A stretch of DNA of 36,054 bases from a virus. The DNA is taken from IMG/VR virus record IMGVR_UViG_3300037311_000137, positions 1 through 36,054 of that record. One strand, 5' to 3'. A program made the translations under genes and the position numbers. The notes beneath the pieces were generated by a model. It was not told the origin of the DNA, did no database searches, and saw only the letters and a program-made list of their open reading frames with translations. Below are positions 29,226 to 36,054 of the stretch, piece after piece; the stretch's first letter is position 1; each line of letters opens with the position of its first letter.

Positions 29226-31214
29226 TTACATCAAAGCGTCTTCAGCCATTAAATCAGGTGGCATTTCTTGTGGTATTTCGCCTTCCATTGGAGGCATTGC
29301 TCCACCCATTTCAGGAGGTTCAGGGTTTGTGAGCTTAATAAGCTCATCCGCATGCGCTTGCATCAGCTCCTCAACCGCGTTTTTCTGTACGTCTGATAGA
29401 GTTTCAAACTTGTCTCCTAAGCGGTACATGTTTAGCTCTTCAATCCACAAAGGATGGTTGTCGTAAGGAGAGACTGAAGGCATTTGGCCTTCCTCAATCA
29501 TTTTAATTCCGTTACGGATTTGACGCTCATCAAGCTGACGCTTGAGCCAAATATCTCCAACATCTCCAAACTCGATTAGGTTCAAAACCTTTTCTTTGAT
29601 CTTTGGATCGTTAGGATCACCCAAGAGCCCACGCTCATATGCGTTAAGAATGTCGTTACGCTTTAAGGCTTTAGATCCAGGTGTGGTTGAACCAGGGACT
29701 ACCATGACATCAGTGTTGCCCTTAAGCATGTCACCTGTAACTTCTTTAGTCATGTACTCGCCAGCCTTGCCAGCCATTTTGAGCTTACGTGGAAGCTTGT
29801 AGTTGGATTGCACACACTCAAGGATTAGCTTTCCAACTCGTGCCCATGCGTATTCGTGCTGTTGAAGCATGATTCCAATACGTGTGTCGTCAGCCTCTTG
29901 TAGAAGCTGCATGCCAAGGGCTGGAATAGAAGCTGAAGGCATTTGTCCTTTGGACACTTCACTAATGCCCATAATTTCGCCGAAGGATTTATCAATCGAC
30001 TCCTCTTCGTTGTAAGCAAAGCTTGGAATGGATGGGATTTGCACAGCACTCGGTCTTCCACCATCCGGAGCGCTTGGAACAGGTGTGTAATAAAGCACCT
30101 CACCTGAGCGGTCATTCATTCCTTCAGGCGCAAGCTGAGTGCCACGAGGAGCTACATACTTACCTGCAAGCATTTTGCGAAGCCAGTTGGCGCGCTTACT
30201 CACGATGTCATCAAAGTAATCTTGCAGTGGACGCACGTGAGTGACAGTTGCCTCTGAGAAAAGCTTTCCACCCACTACAATGTCATCAAACTTGGCGTAC
30301 GGGATGAGCCCATTTGGAAGCTCTTTTTCCTCGAGTACAATACCCCCCGCCCCTATAATCATCCGACCCTTTGGGTACTTTAAAGAGGGAGCTTCGTATT
30401 TAGCGATTTCAATCGCGTGGTTTTTCACTGGCGAGTGCGCACCCTGCCCCTCACCCCGTACACTCATAGTGTTTGCACGCTTCTCGTACTGAAGGGACTG
30501 AAGCCATACGTCCTCTTCTTTCACAAGCTTGCCCTTTTCACCGTACTGAGTACGGAAGTACTCTAAAGGCCTTGCTTTTGCGTGATACAGATATGAACTG
30601 TAAACATCCTCATTGTTTGAGACCATTGGGTCTGTGAAAATCTCAAAAGCTGAACACACGTCAGCTCTTACATCCCCCTCAAACATGGGCTCACCTGTTT
30701 CAGGGTCTTCTATGATTTGACCTGTGCCATCATCCCAAGAGATTTTAATCCAAGCGTGACCACACTGCTGAAGCCACATCAAAAGTTTAATGCGATGCTC
30801 ATTGATCTTAAGCTTGTCCCACAAGGCGGTAAGCACTTGCACACCTAAGCGCGCAGCTTCCTTGTCGTCGTTTGAATTTGATTCTGGAATGACGTCGTAC
30901 TTGGGAGGGGACTTTGCTAAGCGTGCGGCTCTGTTTTGTAGGTTTGGAAGGATCTTGTTAACACGCACTTTGTTTCCACCATCCACACGTCCAACGCGTG
31001 CAACGGGATCAAAGGCTCTTGTGTTTGCGTTGTAGCTGATGCCTTTATAGCCAAGCACGTACGCAATGTTAGTCATCCAAATGGATTCATGAGTCTGCCT
31101 AGATGAGGTTGAACGTATGCGCTCAATGTCCGCACGCATGCGATTGTAGACAGCCTCTTCAGACTCGATAGGCTCAATTTGAAGAGCCTTCATTGGCCCA
31201 TCTAAACCTTCCAT
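29226..31214 (-). CDS. Portal protein (662 aa)
   Basis: Size and position (after the terminase, before the scaffold and capsid genes). AAGGGAG SD upstream. Confidence 0.8.
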   Translation of the reverse strand: MEGLDGPMKALQIEPIESEEAVYNRMRADIERIRSTSSRQTHESIWMTNIAYVLGYKGISYNANTRAFDPVARVGRVDGGNKVRVNKILPNLQNRAARLAKSPPKYDVIPESNSNDDKEAARLGVQVLTALWDKLKINEHRIKLLMWLQQCGHAWIKISWDDGTGQIIEDPETGEPMFEGDVRADVCSAFEIFTDPMVSNNEDVYSSYLYHAKARPLEYFRTQYGEKGKLVKEEDVWLQSLQYEKRANTMSVRGEGQGAHSPVKNHAIEIAKYEAPSLKYPKGRMIIGAGGIVLEEKELPNGLIPYAKFDDIVVGGKLFSEATVTHVRPLQDYFDDIVSKRANWLRKMLAGKYVAPRGTQLAPEGMNDRSGEVLYYTPVPSAPDGGRPSAVQIPSIPSFAYNEEESIDKSFGEIMGISEVSKGQMPSASIPALGMQLLQEADDTRIGIMLQQHEYAWARVGKLILECVQSNYKLPRKLKMAGKAGEYMTKEVTGDMLKGNTDVMVVPGSTTPGSKALKRNDILNAYERGLLGDPNDPKIKEKVLNLIEFGDVGDIWLKRQLDERQIRNGIKMIEEGQMPSVSPYDNHPLWIEELNMYRLGDKFETLSDVQKNAVEELMQAHADELIKLTNPEPPEMGGAMPPMEGEIPQEMPPDLMAEDALM

Positions 31215-31232
31215 AGCGCTCCCTTTTACATA

Positions 31233-31463
31233 CTATACCAGACTGCTCACGTGTTGTGCTGCAGACTCAAACTCTTCAATCATTTCCTCTGTGCGTGGTG
31301 CGGCATAACTTGTTTGAGGCTCTTGAGGTGTCATGCTGATTTGGTAATCGTAAAAGCTTTTGCTCATGACTTTGTTCACAAGCTTTTGGATTTGCCACAT
31401 GAAAAACACCTGTTGAGCAACAACTAGGCTAATAAGCGCTAGAATCAAGCTTTGAGTGTCCAT
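31233..31463 (-). CDS. Small N-terminal-TM protein (76 aa)
   Basis: An internal Met gives MDTQSLILALISLVVAQQVFFMW. The longer track form overlaps the upstream gene by 152 nt. Confidence 0.5.
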   Translation of the reverse strand: MDTQSLILALISLVVAQQVFFMWQIQKLVNKVMSKSFYDYQISMTPQEPQTSYAAPRTEEMIEEFESAAQHVSSLV

Positions 31464-31800
31464 GTAGAACCTCTTCCATTGATTTACCAAGGTTTGCTTG
31501 AATTTTTTCCTTGTCGCCTTTTCTGCACACGTAAACCGCTGGGTTTCCGTAAGTAAAGAACCCACCTGGCTTAAGTCCACGCCTGTTGAAGTAGTTTACC
31601 ACGTCCTCATCGACTTCAAGCCACTGCTCAGGGTCTTCACCTGAGTTGATAGCCACTTGAGCCGCAAAAGCTCTATCTTGAAACTCACGGATCTTTTCTG
31701 CGATTCCAGTGTAATGTGCATCTCGCGTCATTTCGGGTTGTTTTACTTCCATAATTTCTTTAGGCGGTCTGCCTCTCCTTTTTGTTTCAGTCATATTCAT
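31429..31800 (-). CDS. AT-hook-containing protein (123 aa, KRRGRPPK)
   Basis: Track ORF overlapping the terL-C 3' end by 14 nt. Confidence 0.65.
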   Translation of the reverse strand: MNMTETKRRGRPPKEIMEVKQPEMTRDAHYTGIAEKIREFQDRAFAAQVAINSGEDPEQWLEVDEDVVNYFNRRGLKPGGFFTYGNPAVYVCRKGDKEKIQANLGKSMEEVLHGHSKLDSSAY

Positions 31801-32593
31801 CTAAGTTTTCAGAGTTTCGTTTTTTAATCAACTGTTCGATTGCCCACTTCTCGTAGTTTGCGTTGTGTGGTGAGTGTGGTCTTGGTGTTTGCGGCACCGC
31901 TCCAATTTCAGGATATTGTACGATGTCCTCGATTGAGGCGAGTGCATCCATTAAGTCATCGTGTGCAGCGCGTGGGAAATCATCGTATTCGGATTTTAAG
32001 TGCTCAAAGTCTTCCATCATGTAAATGCGTCCAAACTCAAAGCGTGGGACTAAGCCTTCGATGCGTGCTTCTTTGGTTTGCTTGCCTCGCTTGATGCCTA
32101 CAAGAGGTGGAAGTGTGAGTCTGCGCTTTGATTCCTCTCTCACAAAGTATTCGATTGATTCTTGGAACACTTGAGACTCGTACCCAATCACCATGGGCTT
32201 AATCTTTTGATGCACCTCAAAGATCTTTGACACAATCTCGGTTGGGGTGAGTCTATAGCGTTGAGCAACTCTTACGTACCAGTTGGTGTTAGCGTCCACA
32301 GAGACCACCACAAGGGCCGTGTAGTCGTGTTGCTCTTCTTGACCTATGGCTGGGTCCAAGAACGCAAACGTGTTTGTGGGCATTCCTGGAGGCGGTCCGG
32401 GGGATATTCTCCACCATTCGGGCTTAAACTTTCGAAGCTCATCTGGAATGACTCGGTTTAGGTACTGGTTTGTAAACTTGTAAGACCCAAGCTCGCGCTT
32501 TAACTCATCAAGCTTTTCTTTTGAAAGCTTCTGAGGGAATAGAAGCGACCCATCAGGGCGTATGGCTTGCTCGTAAACAACGTCCCACTTCAT
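31787..32593 (-). CDS. terL: Terminase large subunit, C-terminal part (lid region plus RNaseH-like nuclease domain, 268 aa)
   Basis: FTNQYLNRVIP, FAFLDPA (nuclease Asp) and AAHDDLMDALA. The ATG directly abuts the TAA of the inserted gene. Confidence 0.88.
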   Translation of the reverse strand: MKWDVVYEQAIRPDGSLLFPQKLSKEKLDELKRELGSYKFTNQYLNRVIPDELRKFKPEWWRISPGPPPGMPTNTFAFLDPAIGQEEQHDYTALVVVSVDANTNWYVRVAQRYRLTPTEIVSKIFEVHQKIKPMVIGYESQVFQESIEYFVREESKRRLTLPPLVGIKRGKQTKEARIEGLVPRFEFGRIYMMEDFEHLKSEYDDFPRAAHDDLMDALASIEDIVQYPEIGAVPQTPRPHSPHNANYEKWAIEQLIKKRNSENLDEYD

Positions 32594-32917
32594 TTAAGAA
32601 GACTTAAGCGACATGACTTGTGCGACTACGGTTGCGCCAATTCCCGCAATGTAGAACGGCGCAGGGCCTAAGAAGTCAAGGCGTTCAGCGGTTTTGACGA
32701 TGTAGAACTGGTTTGCAGTGAAAGCAGCCGCAAGTTGTGCAGCAGATAGGGTCTGACCCGCTGGAACCCCGATAATGATTAAGGTGCCACCTGATACGCG
32801 AGCCACAACTCTGTCAGCAACAAAGGCGCTTGAGCCTATCAGTTGTGCGTTTGCAGCCCCTGCCACAAGCGTGTATTGTTGTGCAGTGATCGAACCCGTG
32901 CGTAGTCCTTCAATCAT
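32594..32917 (-). CDS. Ala/Gly-rich 107-aa protein nested between the two terL halves
   Basis: Open frame fills the whole insert, with an ATGA overlap to terL-N and a TAA|ATG abutment to terL-C. Confidence 0.65.
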   Translation of the reverse strand: MIEGLRTGSITAQQYTLVAGAANAQLIGSSAFVADRVVARVSGGTLIIIGVPAGQTLSAAQLAAAFTANQFYIVKTAERLDFLGPAPFYIAGIGATVVAQVMSLKSS

Positions 32918-33636
32918 TTGAGTCCCCCTTCAGTAAGCCCTAAAGAAATCTTATCACACTCATCGATTTCATTTGCAATGATGTGCCCAATTACGTCATC
33001 AATAGCGTATCTAGTTCCACACACAACGTAAATATCCGACCCATCTAGTATGGCCTTATTGTACTGGTAATGGTCAACTACTTTGGTTCTGCCCTCTTTT
33101 GAGCGTGAATTGTTGTTTGAATTGAGGTCATCCGAAATGATGACGTCGTAATGTTGACCAACTTTCACGGTGTTTACTCCACCTGCCGTGATGGATGCTT
33201 CCTTCCGTGGTGCTGATCTAAGAGAGAGTGTAATCTCTCCTTCCCCCCAAGTCGAGCCTTTTAAGTTTGGAAAGAACATTTGCATGATGGGGGATTCTGC
33301 GTGTGCTTTGATCTCTCGAATGAAGTTCTTTGAGTTAGAGTAAATTTCCGAGTCAATGAGTATGGCTTCGTTTGGGTTTTTGAATAGAAGCCTCCATAGA
33401 GGGTATGCAACACAGACAAGTGAGCTTTTGAATGTTCCACGTGGAAGCACGATGAGCTTTCGTTTGGTGTTACTTTCAAGTGCTTTCGTGATTTTGAGAT
33501 GAGTGCTTGGTTGTAGGTCTTTGTAGCCTAGAGCTTGTTTGGCGAATGTGAAGAGGGATCTAGACCAACGGTCACGAATAAGCTCTTGTAGAGCGTCTGT
33601 TTGCTCTTCAATTGTGAAGTGTTCCAGTCCGGTCAC
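32914..33636 (-). CDS. terL: Terminase large subunit, N-terminal ATPase part (240 aa)
   Basis: Walker A-like LPRGTFKSS, Walker B YDVIISDD and coupling motif CGTRY. Confidence 0.88.
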   Translation of the reverse strand: MTGLEHFTIEEQTDALQELIRDRWSRSLFTFAKQALGYKDLQPSTHLKITKALESNTKRKLIVLPRGTFKSSLVCVAYPLWRLLFKNPNEAILIDSEIYSNSKNFIREIKAHAESPIMQMFFPNLKGSTWGEGEITLSLRSAPRKEASITAGGVNTVKVGQHYDVIISDDLNSNNNSRSKEGRTKVVDHYQYNKAILDGSDIYVVCGTRYAIDDVIGHIIANEIDECDKISLGLTEGGLK

Positions 33637-33641
33637 AGACC

Positions 33642-34115
33642 TTAATCTTGGTCTGAAACGTCTTTCGACTCAACCTCAATTGAGTTCATGAGTAGGCTTT
33701 TAAGCATTTGGAAGCGCTCTTCAGCGTCTGGCGCGTTTTGTGTGACGTTTGCGTCAACCTGAACGCGTGCGAGTTTCGGGTATGAAAACTCCATGAGGTA
33801 CAAGAATATTTCGATTGTGCGGAAGGGGTCTTTTTTCCACATGGAGTGCTCTTCGATCTTTTGAAGGATGTACTCAGGGACTGGAATGTTGAGAGACGTT
33901 TCAATGATTTCACGTGCGATACGCTTGGGGGTCATGACGCGTGTGGGTTTAATGGAGTTGTGGCCGCCCTTGTTTGGGTGTGTTTGTCTCACTTGTGGCT
34001 TTTCAATTGCGTATTGGCGGCCTTTGGCGCGGTTGTCTAGGAGTGAATACGAGGTTTCCATTTTAGCGTCTGTGTCTTGACGTCCTGTTCCGCCTCCGTG
34101 CTTTTTATCCGCCAT
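33642..34115 (-). CDS. Putative terminase small subunit (157 aa)
   Basis: Position immediately upstream of terL, with a basic N-terminus. No motif-level support. Confidence 0.6.
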   Translation of the reverse strand: MADKKHGGGTGRQDTDAKMETSYSLLDNRAKGRQYAIEKPQVRQTHPNKGGHNSIKPTRVMTPKRIAREIIETSLNIPVPEYILQKIEEHSMWKKDPFRTIEIFLYLMEFSYPKLARVQVDANVTQNAPDAEERFQMLKSLLMNSIEVESKDVSDQD

Positions 34116-34917
34116 TGATTTGGTCTCCTAAGCGTTTCAGCTCCGCACACATATCGAGGTAGCTACTCGGTGTGCCGATGTCATAGATTTCGGCGTGATC
34201 CTCAAGATAGGTAGGTTGCACACCCACTTGAGAGAGTGCCCATGAGAGGTCAATCTCGCCTGCTTCGTTTGTTGGGGACTGGACTAGGTACTCTCTAATG
34301 TTTTTGTGCAGAAGGTATCGACCACGGACTGCAAGCCCGCTTGCGAGACCCTTTGGCTTTTCTGTAACCTTGTAAAGCGCGTGGGTCTTGGATTCGCGGT
34401 CTAGGTCTAACTGTAAGATACCATATCGCTCAGGTTCATACACGTGCCTACAAAGCACGAAGGCACAGTCCTTTTTGTGATACACCCGGTCAGCTGGTTT
34501 CATGATGTAAGGTAATTTACGGTCGCTCTTAATAACAATTTCGTCCGGAAGTGTTATTAAGAAGTGGTCGCTATTAACATTTTTCATTCCAGTGAGTATT
34601 GCGTGCCCTAAACCTAAGGGTTCGGGTTGGACAATGGTTGTGTAGTTTGAGACGCCTGCAATCTTGAGCGCATGAAAGTAGGATGGGTTTTGAAGGGGTT
34701 GATTTAAGACAGGGTCACGTGGAGCTTGTGGCACGACTAGGGTTACGTGTGGGGTTTTTGTGGGCTCAAGGGAGCGTGCGATTTCAAGCGCTTCCATGAC
34801 GACAACTGAGAGGGCTGGAAGGTTATTGACGGGCAGGAGTGCCTTTGAGAGGCCCGGCACTTCAGACCATGGCGACCAACGTGTTGCGCGTCCTGCTAAA
34901 GGGATGATGATATCCAT
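34105..34917 (-). CDS. GalU-like sugar-1-phosphate nucleotidyltransferase (UTP-glucose-1-phosphate uridylyltransferase-like, 270 aa)
   Basis: IIPLAGRATRW...SKALLPV (the GxGTR..K signature region), LGLGHAILTG, FLITLPDEIV, RYGILQ and VTEKPKG...VRGRYLL parallel GalU motifs. Confidence 0.8.
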   Translation of the reverse strand: MDIIIPLAGRATRWSPWSEVPGLSKALLPVNNLPALSVVVMEALEIARSLEPTKTPHVTLVVPQAPRDPVLNQPLQNPSYFHALKIAGVSNYTTIVQPEPLGLGHAILTGMKNVNSDHFLITLPDEIVIKSDRKLPYIMKPADRVYHKKDCAFVLCRHVYEPERYGILQLDLDRESKTHALYKVTEKPKGLASGLAVRGRYLLHKNIREYLVQSPTNEAGEIDLSWALSQVGVQPTYLEDHAEIYDIGTPSSYLDMCAELKRLGDQINGG

Positions 34918-35124
34918 TTAAATCTCCTCAAAGTATTTGCCGTCCTCACCACAAGGGCCTTGAATGGGGTCACGTGCGGCTTTGCATCTCAGCATCAGCT
35001 TTTTACAGAATTTCTCCGTGATAAAGCCTACCTCTTTTTCAAGGTCCGTGCCCTCATATTTGTAGAGGGGTGTTTCAATGAGGGCATTATACACGCATGA
35101 TGTGCATGGGTTTTTAATACTCAT
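34918..35124 (-). CDS. Small Cys-rich protein (68 aa)
   Basis: Track ORF with CxxC plus three more Cys residues, tightly packed between neighbouring genes. Confidence 0.6.
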   Translation of the reverse strand: MSIKNPCTSCVYNALIETPLYKYEGTDLEKEVGFITEKFCKKLMLRCKAARDPIQGPCGEDGKYFEEI

Positions 35125-35777
35125 TCGGGTTTATTCTGCTCAAGGAACGTGCACAAAAGGTTGTATTGGTCTTGGCTTAAGTCTTTTGATGACGTGACGT
35201 TAAACTCTTTTTCCATGAATCCTTTTACAACTTCACCTGTCCACCCGTTTTGAGTGGCAATGGCGTGAAGCCTTTTAATTTGAGCTTGAGATGGACCTTT
35301 TGGGTTTTCAGCTTCTTTTGGGGCTTGTCCTTGAACCGGTCTTTGAGCTGGCTTTGATACCGGTTGTGCTCGCTGAGAGTGTGTGGCTGTTGCTTGGTTT
35401 CCATCGTCGTCATCGTCCGTTGCGATTCCTAATGCCGCGCCTAGTGAAATGCGCCTGATGTAGGTCACAGCACTTGCGTACCCTTGTGGGTTATTTCGGT
35501 CGGCTGGCACTGAGAATTGCCCTTGCATCCACTCATCGTCAAGTTGAATGCGCGTTAGAATATGAACTCTGTTGTCCTCTGAGTGGAGAGTCCATTGTGT
35601 AACAGCCACTCCGTTTTTTGAGAGGACGGGGAGGACCTGCTCTAAAATGTCTGAAATATCAGCGTATTTGCTTTTGAAGTGTGGGTTTGTTCTACCCTTC
35701 ACAATTTTTGGAAATTCAGCGTGTAGCTTTGATAAGACTTTGGATAATTTTGCGGTTTGTTCTGACGTTTGAAACAT
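35121..35777 (-). CDS. erf: ERF-family single-strand annealing recombinase (218 aa)
   Basis: GRTNPHFKSKYADISDILEQVLPVLSKNGV... is an ERF signature, followed by a DDDDD linker and a Gln/Pro-rich C-terminus. AAAGGAG SD upstream. Confidence 0.82.
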   Translation of the reverse strand: MFQTSEQTAKLSKVLSKLHAEFPKIVKGRTNPHFKSKYADISDILEQVLPVLSKNGVAVTQWTLHSEDNRVHILTRIQLDDEWMQGQFSVPADRNNPQGYASAVTYIRRISLGAALGIATDDDDDGNQATATHSQRAQPVSKPAQRPVQGQAPKEAENPKGPSQAQIKRLHAIATQNGWTGEVVKGFMEKEFNVTSSKDLSQDQYNLLCTFLEQNKPE

Positions 35778-35930
35778 GGCCTGCTCCTTTTTGTTTAGAG
35801 CTAAGCCATATTTCGTTTTTCAAGGATATGCAAGAATGAAAGCAGCTCGACGTGGCCGGGATAACAGGTAGAACACCCTAACCTACCGCTACTCCCCCTA
35901 AAAATATTGCCTATTCATAGGTAGTCCCCG

Positions 35931-36054
35931 CGTGCAGGTGTCGGTGCGTTCACTTGGTACTTAAAACAGGCCATGTCTTAAAACCACGTCGAACCGTTTT
36001 CATGAATATTAAGACTTTTAACGATTGTCAAAGATTATTCGTTTGAGATTACTG
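35931..36054. repeat. Right copy of the 124-bp direct terminal repeat
   Basis: Identical to 1..124. Confidence 0.95.

Noticed and set aside
31233-31580. Programmed frameshift joining 31429..31800 to the 115-aa overlapping ORF
   Set aside because: No slippery heptamer was seen in the overlap. An internal Met at 31463 gives a sensible N-terminal TM protein with a modest 35-nt overlap.
32594-32917. Intein inside TerL
   Set aside because: An intein must be in frame and free of stop codons at both junctions. Here the N-part ends in TGA, the insert has its own ATG and TAA, and the two terL parts are in different frames. No Cys/Ser...His-Asn splice-junction residues are seen.

Overview
The window is one complete, densely coding tailed-phage genome of about 57 genes. 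Bases 1-124 recur exactly at 35931-36054, giving a unit length of 35,930 bp. A very long minus-strand block runs 6134 -> 1/35930 -> 13573. In order it carries a replication initiator-like gene, a DnaB-like helicase, a solo TnpB element and a membrane/lipoprotein cassette. It continues with an ERF recombinase, a GalU-like nucleotidyltransferase, small and large terminase, portal, scaffold and an HK97-like capsid gene. It ends with an 847-aa fibre-like protein, a GT2-TPR-GT4 glycosyltransferase, an adaptor/nozzle-like pair, five Gly/Ala/Gln-rich internal-virion-like proteins and a tRNA-like gene. The other blocks are: a plus-strand early block 6440-10294 (SSB, two tandem-repeat proteins, an XRE regulator); a minus-strand regulator block 10317-12288; and a short plus block 12314-13457 (AT-hook protein, DUF1064-like nuclease, SLT lytic transglycosylase). 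I recognised no DNA or RNA polymerase, integrase, tail tube/sheath or tape-measure gene, so the architecture looks podovirus-like. Shine-Dalgarno sites, lipoboxes and a transglycosylase point to a bacterial, probably Gram-negative, host. The observations most worth follow-up are: (1) terL split into two ORFs by a tightly nested 107-aa gene. (2) A possible protein-glycosylation set, made of the TPR-bridged dual glycosyltransferase inside the virion module, the GalU-like enzyme, and a hexapeptide-repeat protein carrying 14 Asn-X-Ser sequons. (3) That repeat gene varies at only 2 of 18 nucleotide positions across 12 units. (4) A solo TnpB with an intact catalytic triad and an omega-RNA-like 3' hairpin. 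(5) A tRNA-like gene with a 19-nt anticodon loop. (6) Two paralogous A-tract/hairpin/T-tract modules in the divergent control region. All functional calls come from reading motifs by eye; no database search was run.
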